From Epithemia pelagica (lineage: Eukaryota; Protista; Bacillariophyta): DNA of 64,000 nt. A program made the translations under genes and the position numbers. Under the pieces are notes generated by a model that saw nothing but the letters and a program-made list of their open reading frames with translations, had not been told where the DNA came from and made no database searches. This document shows positions 8,756 through 19,514 of the stretch, one piece after another. Each line of letters opens with the position of its first letter. Position 1 is the stretch's first letter. The stretch lies in assembly GCA_946965045.2 (NCBI GenBank), contig OX337233.1, positions 3,410,001 through 3,474,000 of the forward strand, in the 5' to 3' direction.

Positions 8756-11700
8756 TTACGGGAAAGGGTGTGCAGACCGGAGGATGACTGGGCGCCAAGT
8801 GTTGAGCCAGTTCCTCAGTTGGATGGACGTAGTAGAGAAGGTAAAATGGATTTCAGGAGAATCGTAGAAAAGGATGGTATCAGAGGGATTGACTTGGGGT
8901 TTGAGGAGGTAGAGAGCTCGAACTTCGCGTTGAGCTTGAGAATATGCGGCAGCTTCAATCGTTGCAGGATTATCGCCGTGAAGATTCTGATTGCGTTGGA
9001 GCCACAGACGATACGCATGATGCCAGAGAACAGTGATGGTAGAAGACACTAGACGGACACGAGAAAATTTAGGGGAAGAGATGCCTTGGGAGCGAAGAAA
9101 CTGATCTTGTAAGCGAGACCAGTGAGAAGAGAATCGGCCCATGAAGAGCTGATCGATGCCGATGGTAATTTGCGACAAAAGAGCGCGTTGATAGACGGAA
9201 GGAACAAGGGAAATGGAAGGGGACGTATCTTGAAGCCACGAGCGAAGACATTCGGAGAGAAGTAGGGTGATAGTCGGATCAGCATGAAGGGAATTCCACA
9301 ATTTATCCAGATCAGAAAACAAGGGGACAGACCATTGTCGATGTGGACAACGAAGAAAATGTGACCACGTTTCAAGTGTTGTGGGACATAACGGACATGA
9401 GTCTTGATAAAAGGAAGCATATCGTGAGCGCAGATGTCCAAGTGGTAGCCAATCGTGAATGTACTTGATAATGAAATGACGGTGTGGGAAGTTGGCGTTA
9501 ATGGCTCGTCCATGTGCTACCCAATCAACCGAATTAAAAGTATCGTTAGACCAGTTGAATTTGTTGCATAGGTAGTGAGAAGAACGTTCAAATGTAGACA
9601 ATCGACGTAATATCGAGCGGTACTTGGACGTGATCGTGCCGTCTTGGCAATGAAGGATTGCTCTGCTACCAGTAACCAGAGGAGCCAACGTAGAGGACAC
9701 ATTAGACGGATAGGTATACGAAGAAGCCAGACCATCAGCGTCAATATTCAGTTGAGATGGCAACGGAAGCGTTGTGTAATCATGAGCATCATCCTGGTGC
9801 CCTTTAACATGTTGAATATGAGGCATACGGTCAAAGAGTCGTAGAGATGATGAAATCGACTGTTGTAGATCCCAATCAGCCGACATAGTGGAATATGGAA
9901 ATTCCACTAGCCACTCTAACCGTTTGTGAATTGTAGTGATCAAGCTTTCCGAGTCTGTATAAAGCCGTAAGTCACGAGGCAGTGGGATCTCAGAGAATGA
10001 GCAGAAGTGAACCAAGAATCGGAGTAAAGCTAGGAAACCGTAGCTTTCAGCTCTAAACGAAGAAGTACGGTAACCTGGTGCGGGCCCGTGAATCATAAAC
10101 AATCGCTGACCAGAGTCAGTTGCACACGTACACCCGAAAGTGCCTTGAAATTGCGCTGCAGATCCGTCGCTGCAAAGAAGCAGAGGACAAGATGGTCGCG
10201 TCAGATAATCGATCAGTTCCACGTCGGTGCACACCAGCGTGTGTAGATCCAATAGTAGTTTCTCCCAGGAGGGCAATCGTCTAACATAAGCATCAAAAGT
10301 GTTCAGTGGAGGAGTCAGTTGAGTTGCGACAACGGAACGCGAAGGAAGAACCATTCTCGCAGGTCCGGTGTTGGCGGTAGCCACTGGGCAGGCAGTTGAG
10401 GGGACATCACCGCGGATAGTATTAGTTGCGATAAACAATGGACCAGTACAGCGAAATTCCTGCCATTGGTTTGCAGCGACATGAACAAACAGAGTGGAAC
10501 GATCTTGAGAAAGATAGGAGAACCATTGTCGTATTGTTGTAGTACCTCCAAATAACCATCGACACAAAGGAGAGGCAAGTCGACGAGCAGAGTGCGGAGC
10601 CAAGAAGGATTGAAGGAACCGTCGCCATGTGCTCCAGGCCCGAGGTCCAGGACGGGACTGGTATGGCGTCAGATAAGTGCAACTTGATTTGTTGTCGATA
10701 CGGCCGTCGATTGCCGCAAGAGTCAATGTACTACCATCTGGAGTGACAAGATCGCTGAGCATTGTAACTTGGAGATACAAACGGCACGCGTTGATCAATT
10801 TGAGCTCGGTCGATGAGGCAGTAAATTCCAGTGCGCTATCCATTAAGAACACATCGTTCTCGCGTTGCAGTTTTGGAACAAAGGTTTCTTCTAATTCCAC
10901 ACGGCAATCAACCTCGGACAAGAATTTACGTAGTTGTGGAACCCATTGCATGGGGGACAAGTGCGGAAGAGGAGTATGAACATCCTCCAAAATAGGTACG
11001 CCTGTTCCAGCAAGAAACTGACCCCAAGACATCGTGATCGATGCGAGTTTATACGGTACTCCAGTTGACCGAATACATGCGAGAAGAAGATACAGCTGTG
11101 CAATCCCTCTCTCGATAGATAATGTGCGTAAACCGAGACCACCATAATCAGAGGAACCATACACCACAGCGTTGGGCATATTTCTGTTGAATCCATACTT
11201 TGGTAAGAATGCGCGTTTGAACTGACGTTGTAAAGCGTTGCAATACCCGGTGGAAAGTGTCGACGACGGAAATGGGTAGCAAATACTCGGAAGATAAATG
11301 ACATGATAGTACGACCATGCTTCCGTACGGGTGAAGGGACTTCTTGCCATAACACGGCTGTGCGCGAGATTCCGTTTTGATAGAGCAGTGAACAGCCCGG
11401 TGTTAGTAGCATGGGGCGATTTCTGCACTCCGAGTGTTTTGTGACTCTTAAACGAGGATAGTTGCTTCAAAGGGACACTAGGATTCCCGTCCTTGAAAGA
11501 GATTGTGATTGTTGGGCCAAAGCTGCCATCTTTTAAAAGGGGTAACCCGTCGACAGAGAAAGTGTAGTAAAGAAAATGGTATGAGCACTTGAGAGGGTTC
11601 AGAGCTCCTCCAGAGAGGTCCAGTAGGTCATTCCAACGTTGGGCATCTGACTGGGCTTTTGCAAGATAATGTTCTGGGCAAGCCGCTTGCGGTAATGTGA

Positions 11701-14662
11701 AGTCGTTCACACTACCGCTAGTGTCGTCGACGAATCCAATCATATATACCGAAGTGTGTACCGATCCGTCAGGAGAGACAAACGTTGCTCCATTGGCTTT
11801 CGCTTCATATGTTTCGAACAGGATGCTAGAAACAACACACCAAATGGCAGGAGAATTTCCAGCACCCTGGCCAGAACCGTAGATTGGATATATCGTGCAG
11901 TGTTTGTAAGATTGTTCAGATACTCCCAATTGCGTTTTGAGAAAGTATTTTGCCTCTGCCAAAGTTGTTGCATTGATAAACACGATTGACCGATTTTGCC
12001 CGTAGCTGCGAGACGCGAGACTGCCGAAAGAGAGAATAATCCTGTCGTAGCAGGCTGTTGCGTCGTAGTCGAGGTGTACCAAAGGGCGCTTGCTGGCCCG
12101 AGAAATTTCATACTGAAATTCTTCACACAACGTTGGAATCACGGCGTCTCGTCCTGGAACTCCACCAAACTGGGTAGGATGCAAAACTTGTTGGTTTGTT
12201 GCGAGCTGAATCATATGGCGCCACTTTAGAGCGAGGACTAAGTTATAGTCCTGTTCGTAAAGATGTATGACTCGAAGACGATGGATGCGTAAGTCGTCTG
12301 GTTCTTTCAGAATCATGACGTTCACAATGTGTTTCCATCTAGCAAACGAGTATCGGTTCTCCAATGCACAATTCAGTAAACCGATGTGCCAATCAATCAA
12401 GTCATTCCTTTGTTGTTCTAGAACTTGCCCTTCTTCTGTACTTGGATCGATATCGTGTTCAGCAATAAGAGCTTTGCTGTGTCCTAAATGAAAGCCGGAT
12501 GGCGACGTTGTAGTAGACTCTGGCCAGGAACGCATCTTCCCAATCCAATCTTCTTTGCTAATTGCACACGGAATTGCATCAATAGCCACTCTCGACTTCA
12601 TATGGTCCAGTAGGCTTTGTTGCATTTCGTCTAATTCATCTGATTGCCATTCTCCCTCTAAGATCAATTCCGCTGTGTGCGTTGAGGCACCCCAATCGCA
12701 CCATTCCGAGAAGGGTGGTTTCGTAGGAAAAGTTCCATCCGCTTGGCCAAAGTGGCGTCTGTTTCGTTGAAGTAGGCGTTCTTCAATCTCTGCTGGCGTA
12801 TCTATGGTAATCCAGCTTGAGCAGTTGTTGTAATCGGTTGTCGTAGGATCTGCTGGAACGTCTAGGCGCGTAATCCCCGATTTCTTACTCCCCCGATACT
12901 GTCGAAGCTTCGCATACATTGCTTTTGTCCTTTCTGCTGCGATTCGATGCTTTAAAGTTTTTGATTGTTGTTTATCGCCTCGATCTATAGCATCTTGAAG
13001 TGCAAGTTGGAGTTCATTTTGACGCCTGAATACAGCCTGTTTCGTCATGCTCTTAATCTTTTGTTGTGTTAGCCGAAGTTCAGTACGGCATGCAGAAAGT
13101 GTTGATGGAAATCCCCCGACATGTCCTTGATTTGTGATGTGTGCAATTCCGTCATCGAAAGATCGTTTCAGGCGGGTAGCAGAGATCAATTTCTGTAGTA
13201 AGTTCTTGCGTTGTCGAAGTTCAGCTAACTCAGTGACGTAAGGTACGTCGCGAGGTTTCTTTGCACACTGTTTAGCAGCATGCTCGCCTGCACGCTGGAA
13301 GTCTTGATCTAACCGTTCTGCCAACTCAGGATCCCATGATGTTTTGAGACGCTCTAGTCTTTGTTGAAAGTTGTGATCCCGGCAGTACTTGTGTTTAGCT
13401 GAGAGATATACGCGGTTTGAAGCCTTATCCTTGCTTGTGAAATCTCGACTGGAAATAGGGCCCAATTCTTGTGTTTTATTGCCGAAAAGTCGTTCCACAT
13501 TGAAGTCGATGAAAATGTTTCGATGATCACCACGAGACCGTTGTCCAAAAGGCTCGTAACATCCGTCTTCAACAGCTTCAGCTACCCAATCGGATGCTAA
13601 AACATAATCAATTCGCTCTCTTCCTCGCACATGTGTTGCAAATTCCGCTGTCCCGAGGATTTGATACATTACATCGCATAAATCGAGTTCGGTACATAGT
13701 TGCGACATCCCTCTGTTCTCATCATTCAGAGGCTCGTTAAAATCTCCCATCAGGAGAATGCCAGATTGTCCTGCCTGTTTATCTTTGATGAAGGTAGATA
13801 AATCGGTAACAAATGCTTCACGGGGGCTACAATTCCGTCGTGCTTGCCGTAGCATTGATGTTTGTTGTGCGGATGCAGATAAGGACCGGATCTGACCAGT
13901 TGTTCCATCGACGATTGTTTGTTTACATACTTGATAGGCGGTAATGATCGTTAGCGATTTGTGTCCGCGGCACGAGAATGTTTGATAAGCCCAGCGTCCG
14001 AGAGGATCTCGACCCTGGGCGGTAACTCTACCAGTTGAGCGTCCTTGTGTCACTTGTAATACGCCGCCTGGTTTGTAGTCACGGCATCTTGGTGATGGAA
14101 TTGCGCTGCTGGCAACTGTTAGTCTCGAATGGTCAGTCTGTCTTCTCAATGTCGTCTCGAGCCGATTTCTCACTCCGTGTTCCATAGTATCTAAATTGAT
14201 CTCGTATAAGGCCCATGTGTCCACTTGGAGATTCGTCATTTCCAGGCATAATTCTGCAAACTCTCCTCCATCATGACCGATTTTTAAACCGTTCGGATTA
14301 CATCCGAATACCCGGAAGATCCCGTCTTCTTTCCTTGGATTCCGAGGCTGTCCAATGAACCCGTTGGTTGCATAGTTTTCTTGTCCTTCCAATGCTGTTT
14401 CTTCTGGTGCTTGATAATAAAAATTGTCCTCGTGATTTGAATGATAGTTGTTGATATTGTTATTGATATGAGAAGGCGATGTACTGATGTTGATGTTGTT
14501 GTGGTGGTAAGATGTTGTCTGTGATGATGATTGATAGGAATCTTGCGATTGTGATTCTTGTTGATCTACGTAGGAGTTAACTGTGCTATTACAATCGTGA
14601 CTCATGACTAAACACGCTGGTGTTGGCCATGGACTCGTCCGCTGCACTGGTTGAGTTGCCAT
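8756..14662 (-). CDS. LINE ORF2: APE endonuclease, reverse transcriptase, RNase H, C-terminal Cys/His motif
   Basis: APE motifs GCNPNG, LYEIN, MGDFNE, RIDYVL, GDHR. RT motifs QGAGNSP and FVDD. RNase H motifs CSDGSA, RAESYG, YTDSES, HVKGHQD, ADGLA. C-terminal CPLC..ETWSHFLRC. Confidence 0.95.
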   Translation of the reverse strand: MATQPVQRTSPWPTPACLVMSHDCNSTVNSYVDQQESQSQDSYQSSSQTTSYHHNNINISTSPSHINNNINNYHSNHEDNFYYQAPEETALEGQENYATNGFIGQPRNPRKEDGIFRVFGCNPNGLKIGHDGGEFAELCLEMTNLQVDTWALYEINLDTMEHGVRNRLETTLRRQTDHSRLTVASSAIPSPRCRDYKPGGVLQVTQGRSTGRVTAQGRDPLGRWAYQTFSCRGHKSLTIITAYQVCKQTIVDGTTGQIRSLSASAQQTSMLRQARRNCSPREAFVTDLSTFIKDKQAGQSGILLMGDFNEPLNDENRGMSQLCTELDLCDVMYQILGTAEFATHVRGRERIDYVLASDWVAEAVEDGCYEPFGQRSRGDHRNIFIDFNVERLFGNKTQELGPISSRDFTSKDKASNRVYLSAKHKYCRDHNFQQRLERLKTSWDPELAERLDQDFQRAGEHAAKQCAKKPRDVPYVTELAELRQRKNLLQKLISATRLKRSFDDGIAHITNQGHVGGFPSTLSACRTELRLTQQKIKSMTKQAVFRRQNELQLALQDAIDRGDKQQSKTLKHRIAAERTKAMYAKLRQYRGSKKSGITRLDVPADPTTTDYNNCSSWITIDTPAEIEERLLQRNRRHFGQADGTFPTKPPFSEWCDWGASTHTAELILEGEWQSDELDEMQQSLLDHMKSRVAIDAIPCAISKEDWIGKMRSWPESTTTSPSGFHLGHSKALIAEHDIDPSTEEGQVLEQQRNDLIDWHIGLLNCALENRYSFARWKHIVNVMILKEPDDLRIHRLRVIHLYEQDYNLVLALKWRHMIQLATNQQVLHPTQFGGVPGRDAVIPTLCEEFQYEISRASKRPLVHLDYDATACYDRIILSFGSLASRSYGQNRSIVFINATTLAEAKYFLKTQLGVSEQSYKHCTIYPIYGSGQGAGNSPAIWCVVSSILFETYEAKANGATFVSPDGSVHTSVYMIGFVDDTSGSVNDFTLPQAACPEHYLAKAQSDAQRWNDLLDLSGGALNPLKCSYHFLYYTFSVDGLPLLKDGSFGPTITISFKDGNPSVPLKQLSSFKSHKTLGVQKSPHATNTGLFTALSKRNLAHSRVMARSPFTRTEAWSYYHVIYLPSICYPFPSSTLSTGYCNALQRQFKRAFLPKYGFNRNMPNAVVYGSSDYGGLGLRTLSIERGIAQLYLLLACIRSTGVPYKLASITMSWGQFLAGTGVPILEDVHTPLPHLSPMQWVPQLRKFLSEVDCRVELEETFVPKLQRENDVFLMDSALEFTASSTELKLINACRLYLQVTMLSDLVTPDGSTLTLAAIDGRIDNKSSCTYLTPYQSRPGPRAWSTWRRFLQSFLAPHSARRLASPLCRWLFGGTTTIRQWFSYLSQDRSTLFVHVAANQWQEFRCTGPLFIATNTIRGDVPSTACPVATANTGPARMVLPSRSVVATQLTPPLNTFDAYVRRLPSWEKLLLDLHTLVCTDVELIDYLTRPSCPLLLCSDGSAAQFQGTFGCTCATDSGQRLFMIHGPAPGYRTSSFRAESYGFLALLRFLVHFCSFSEIPLPRDLRLYTDSESLITTIHKRLEWLVEFPYSTMSADWDLQQSISSSLRLFDRMPHIQHVKGHQDDAHDYTTLPLPSQLNIDADGLASSYTYPSNVSSTLAPLVTGSRAILHCQDGTITSKYRSILRRLSTFERSSHYLCNKFNWSNDTFNSVDWVAHGRAINANFPHRHFIIKYIHDWLPLGHLRSRYASFYQDSCPLCPTTLETWSHFLRCPHRQWSVPLFSDLDKLWNSLHADPTITLLLSECLRSWLQDTSPSISLVPSVYQRALLSQITIGIDQLFMGRFSSHWSRLQDQFLRSQGISSPKFSRVRLVSSTITVLWHHAYRLWLQRNQNLHGDNPATIEAAAYSQAQREVRALYLLKPQVNPSDTILFYDSPEIHFTFSTTSIQLRNWLNTWRPVILRSAHPFP

Positions 14663-16598
14663 GTTCCATGCTCACATCAAGGGATGTGGCCGGCTGCTTT
14701 GAGTCACCATAGGAGGTCACATTGCCGTCCTGACTCATTTCGTTGGGTTTCCGTTTGTTGGCTTGGTTTGGTGTTTGTGGCATGTTCAGTTGGGAGGGAG
14801 AAATCTGTTCCACTTGGTTCGAGGCGTGTGGGGTTTGTCCTTGATGAGGAGCCGGTCCTTGATGATACTGAGGATGACCTGGAGTGTATCCTTGTTGCTG
14901 TACTGTCGGATGTCCATGGATTTGAGACTGAGGGTACATAGCTTGATTCGGTGGATGGAACGGTGGTTGTCCTTGTGGTAGGAAAGAAGGTTGTCCTTGG
15001 GGATAGTACGGGGGAGGCAATGGCATTTGGTTCTGTTGGAATGATATCATTTGTTGCTGCATAGCCATCATAATCGTATCCACTAATTCTTTCTTGTCTC
15101 GTTCTTGTTGTTCTTTTTGATCGTGAATATACTGTTGGAATCGTTCATCAAGCTCATCGAATCTTGTTTGAAGTTTGTCCCTCTCATCTTTCATCTTGTC
15201 ATAATCTTCTTGGCTCACCTGGCTTGATTCCATGTCCGAAGAGCGTCCTTGCATTATTACCGTTTTAATTGGGACTGCGCTCGTCCAAGCTTGTGTGCTC
15301 GGGCCAGATGCATGAGGTGGAGCAACGTATTTATCATGTTTGAGGCCACTTTCAACTTTGCCATACGCCTTGTCAAGAGCTGTCATGTAGGTTGCATATG
15401 AGCCTGCATGGGAGGCTGATGCCGAGGAGTCTTCGTCTTCATCTTGATCAGAATAAATGTTGCGCTTGAAGGCAACTCTAGGTGGTTGGTCGAATGGAGT
15501 CGGTGTCAGGTTTCGGAGACGCATTTCTTGTTTCGTGAGAGATTCGATGTTCATTCTCAAGAAGCCTTTGATCGCATCAAAATGTTCTCTGGTTGTATGA
15601 ACGTTGTAGCGCCCAATTCGATCGCTGTCCTTGTGTTTGGTGACTCGTTGCACTCCCTCCATGGAGCAAATCTTAGAACTGAGATACCACATTACAGATG
15701 AATGAATACCAGCCACTGGAACGATTTGACATTCGCCCAGATATCGATTCTGTTCTATCATGGCATTGATATATTTTTGTTTGCTTGACGTATGGCGTAG
15801 CCGGTGGAAAAGAAATTCGGGATTGTCTTCGTAGGTTATATGGAGTAGCTGGAGAAGGCTCTTTGCATCTTGTTGTCGGCACTGTAAGTCGAAGGCTTTT
15901 GTAGAAAATGGCTGACGACCAGGTTCAAAAAGCATGGGCGACGAATAGTTGCAGCAGAACTTAGGAATTTTCTTTTCCGGAGTGCGTGTCTTTCTCGAAA
16001 TCTCTTTCAATACAATTTCTACCATTTCTTCCGGTAGAATATTACTTGGGTCATACCCAACAAAAAATCCCAAGTTGGAAATCCGAATCTCATCTTCCTT
16101 CCACATATGTTTTGTCATCTTAGCGTTCGAGTGCTTGAGTTTCTCATCAACCGAAAAATGGCGGCGAATTTCGCTTAGGGGAATACGCGAGAGCACACGA
16201 TGTACGACCATATATATTGGTGTCCTGTTCTTGTTCTTGTTGCCTTTTGAGTAGTGTAGGTCGTAGTGTCGGAGGTACGCTGAATAGGTTTCAAGAGAAT
16301 CAATCTTGCGTCGGTTTAACTTCGTGCCTCTGTTGTCATAAATTTTTACTTCGGGATACACTTTTGCAATAGTTTGTAGGATAGCAAAATGATATCGTGC
16401 AACCTCCGTGCTCTGTTTGTCATCTTTCGGACGGAACATGAATTTGATTGTATATTGTTGTTCTTCACCTTCATATGCGATAGGTTGGTTAGTTGTTGTT
16501 GCTGTAGCGGCACTGGCAGCGTCATCGTCGTTGGCATGGTTGTTATTGTTATTGTTATCGTTGTTGGAGTTGTTATCTGTTGCTGCACTTGTGCTAGT
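14589..16598 (-). CDS. LINE ORF1 (N-terminally truncated; coiled-coil and Q/P-rich tail)
   Basis: Long open frame directly upstream of ORF2, overlapping it by 74 bp. The track's 16603-16835 N-terminus is an out-of-frame read of a duplicated segment. Confidence 0.8.
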   Translation of the reverse strand, partial: TSTSAATDNNSNNDNNNNNNHANDDDAASAATATTTNQPIAYEGEEQQYTIKFMFRPKDDKQSTEVARYHFAILQTIAKVYPEVKIYDNRGTKLNRRKIDSLETYSAYLRHYDLHYSKGNKNKNRTPIYMVVHRVLSRIPLSEIRRHFSVDEKLKHSNAKMTKHMWKEDEIRISNLGFFVGYDPSNILPEEMVEIVLKEISRKTRTPEKKIPKFCCNYSSPMLFEPGRQPFSTKAFDLQCRQQDAKSLLQLLHITYEDNPEFLFHRLRHTSSKQKYINAMIEQNRYLGECQIVPVAGIHSSVMWYLSSKICSMEGVQRVTKHKDSDRIGRYNVHTTREHFDAIKGFLRMNIESLTKQEMRLRNLTPTPFDQPPRVAFKRNIYSDQDEDEDSSASASHAGSYATYMTALDKAYGKVESGLKHDKYVAPPHASGPSTQAWTSAVPIKTVIMQGRSSDMESSQVSQEDYDKMKDERDKLQTRFDELDERFQQYIHDQKEQQERDKKELVDTIMMAMQQQMISFQQNQMPLPPPYYPQGQPSFLPQGQPPFHPPNQAMYPQSQIHGHPTVQQQGYTPGHPQYHQGPAPHQGQTPHASNQVEQISPSQLNMPQTPNQANKRKPNEMSQDGNVTSYGDSKQPATSLDVSMEHGNSTSAADESMANTSVFSHESRL

Positions 16599-16845
16599 AG
16601 GAATACACTTTTGCAATAGTTTGTAGGATAGCAAAATGATATCGTGCAACCTCCGTGCTCTGTTTGTCATCTTTCGGACGGAACATGAATTTGATTGTAT
16701 ATTGTTGTTCTTCACCTTCATATGCGATAGGTTGGTTAGTTGTTGTTGCTGTAGCGGCACTGGCAGCGTCATCGTCGTTGGCATGGTTGTTATTGTTATT
16801 GTTATCGTTGTTGGAGTTGTTATCTGTTGCTGCACTTGTGCTAGT
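16356..16845. repeat. 243 bp tandem duplication (period 247) at the LINE 5' end
   Basis: 16356-16598 and 16603-16845 are near-identical, separated by the 4 bp linker agga. Confidence 0.92.
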
Positions 16846-17476
16846 CGAAGTCCTTTGATCTAAAAGCTATACTATATAATATCGATTGCCACATAACTGG
16901 AAAAGGGGCCCCCTCTTTTTCTCTTCGTCTCTCCCCGAGACAGACTCCCACATTTTTGTCAAACACTCCACAAAAAAAAAAAAGCGACGCGTCTAGATGT
17001 CTATCATATGTAATAGACGATGGACTTGAAGTTTCACATGCTTGCCTCTCTAGACCACCCTTCATAGTCCCATCCATCCTTCTATTATCCATCCTTCTAT
17101 TATTCGAAAAAGGTTGTTGATTGAACATCCATCGTGGCCAAAGTGCACCAGCATTAAGAAATTGGAGTTTGTGTTTTGACGAATCAATCACGCATATCTC
17201 GTTTGTGTTTGCTACGTTTGAGAGAGTGAAGAAAAGCCAAACACACCCGAACGAGAAATCACTGCTTGCCATCACGACAGTCACATCTATTTACAAAACC
17301 AAGTATAAAGACCTTAGACTCTACCTCTGCGATTGACACACCCACTCTCCCCCAGACTTGTGAACTTTCTCCTCTCTCCATTGATTTTCATTGAACGAAA
17401 CCATTACAGAATGAAGGCTTTGGGTGTGACTCCAAAACCAGTTGGAAAGGACGACACACTCTAATTGTCGTCCGCC

Positions 17477-18877
17477 ATGGACTCGCAATTGGATTTGACG
17501 GCCTCTTCGTCATCCGAACACTTTGTTGCTTCTCGATCGGAATTTCAACAAGTGGTGCAAAAGTACGAGGCCATTTTGGATATACCTCGCAACGAAACCG
17601 ATGGTACCTTGAATGAAACCGAAGCCTTGGCACGCATTGAAGACCTGTTCGATCCTGACTTTGTCCGTCATAGCGAAGGTGATACGGACGCCAATTTGTG
17701 TGATTTCAAGGCCGAATTGTTGCAATTGGGTCGTTATCCGTCTTTGCATTTCAAATTGTTTCGATACAAACAAGTGGCGGCCGGCATTATGGATTATTAT
17801 TTGCGCTTTTCGACGCAAGACAAGCAATTTGTCATCAAGGGTCTGGCCTACTTTCGCAAGGCTCGAATTTACAAGACCGAAGTCACACGGACGGCCTAGG
17901 ATAAAGTGTCGGGACAAAAATCGGCCACCCAAGAAACGCCCCTGACCCGAGACCGGACCGAACGACAATTTGGCTGTCGCATTTATGAATTGCCGTCCAT
18001 GGTTCATGGACAATTGTTGGGGGTCGGTGGTAACATGTTGCCCGTCGAAGAAAAGTATGAACTCTTGCGCATCTTTTTGGTCTACGATAACAAACAACAT
18101 CCAACTGACAATGACAGTGGTGTTCGCAATAGCAGTGGTGGTGGTGGTGGTTGGAACAAAATGTTGAATTTCTGGCGAGACCAGTATTCGTTGCGACTGG
18201 TGGACAGTAAAGATCAACCTTACGTCAAGGGTGCCAGTATTACCTTTTCGCGACGTGCCTGTGGATCTCGACGCATGATTTTGTGGAACGAGCGTAAGGA
18301 ACCTCTGGCCTTGGCCTATCGACACAAGAAGCACGGATTTTGGAGTATTTGTGGAACACGGCCCTTGATTCCCGGTCCTCATCACTATTCGGAACCCAAA
18401 TTAGAAGATGTGGGAGAGTCCAATGTCGTGGCCTTTTATCCCTGGTTTCGCATCAAGTTGGTCCACACGTCGGCAGGACGGTTGTACTTTGGCGAAGTTC
18501 TTACGTTTGATGTGGAGGGGACCGAACGAGACGAGTCGTCGTCTGCGGAAACAATGACAGCGACACCCGCGGAGGAGCATGCCAGTCCTACCACCCAAGT
18601 GACTCCCAGCGCCACGACTGCCCGAGTGGACTTTGAACCGATTTACAAAGTGACGGAAACCCGTGACAGTCAGGAACGGATTGTGACTATTTGTGATTAT
18701 TACAAGTCCAAGGATCATTTGGGTATTGTCAAATCCAGTTACAATCCACATCGTCGACTCACACAACTTATTCACAAAGAAAAAGAAGCGAGGCGCGTTC
18801 AAGTCGATGTCGCTCCGGGAGTGGATCCGGCCTTGATTCTGTGTATTGCCCCGTGTTTGGAAATGATGGAACTCTAG
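17477..18877 (+). pseudogene. NTF2/SnoaL-like + tubby/LURP-one-like gene, nonsense allele (unit 1)
   Basis: Same sequence as 27275-28675, but TAC>TAG at 17897-17899 splits the ORF. Confidence 0.8.
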
Positions 18878-19425
18878 TACTCTCCTCTGAGTACAGTGGA
18901 CCAAAAATCAAACGTACGCCGCCACAGGCTACAAGGTTGCTTTGTCTCCTCTCCCAGTTCTAAACCCCATTCAATCATGAAGCTGCTTCGAACACAGTAG
19001 CAAATTGAGCAATTCACACGACCAACATGCTCTTTTGCATGTCTGTGATACACTTAAAATGAAATGGCCTCACACATTTCGAGATCTGTTGGACACCTTG
19101 GGATCTGTTGGAGAGGAAGAAATCCTAACTGAAGCAGTATACCCTCTAGACAAGCGTGGATATCGCCCTTTGCACAGTATACAACGGATAATGTTAGTAG
19201 TCGCCTCAGAGGGGATCATTCCCCCTGACCGGAAACTTTGTCACCGAGATTACTCTTCCTCCAAGGCCTCTATCTCTTCCTTTCGTATAGTGTAGACAAT
19301 CGTAGAGAATGAGAGACACATCGTTTGGTCGGCCGGCTCCCAAACCAAAAATACCTACGGTAGAATAAGGAAGAAAAAACGAGATAGATGACTTTATCTT
19401 ATGCCATGAGCAGTGTTCTATTCGT

Positions 19426-19485
19426 AGTGGGGCCTTCTCGAGAGCAATCATACGAGCAAAACATGCACTGTTCTTGTCCACAAGA
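19426..19485 (-). pseudogene. Isolated duplicate of the Kelch gene C-terminal tail
   Basis: Encodes VDKNSACFARMIALEKAP, matching the ends of both neighbouring Kelch ORFs. Also at ~29224-29283. Confidence 0.7.
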
Positions 19486-19514
19486 CACCCAACGTAATGA
19501 AACTTCCACATACA

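Larger units (their letters stand above)
8632..16856 (-). mobile_element. Non-LTR retrotransposon (LINE, Ambal-like, APE-RT-RNase H), 5'-truncated
   Basis: 17 bp TSD gatctaaaagctatact at 8615-8631 and 16857-16873. Empty site present in unit 2. Two ORFs on the minus strand. Confidence 0.93.

Noticed and set aside
16603-16835. ORF-track N-terminus MQQQITTPTT... of LINE ORF1
   Set aside because: Out-of-frame translation of the duplicated 243 bp segment.
17510-18904. Antisense ORFs of 291 and 167 aa over the SnoaL/tubby-like gene
   Set aside because: Reverse-strand shadows of the plus-strand gene.
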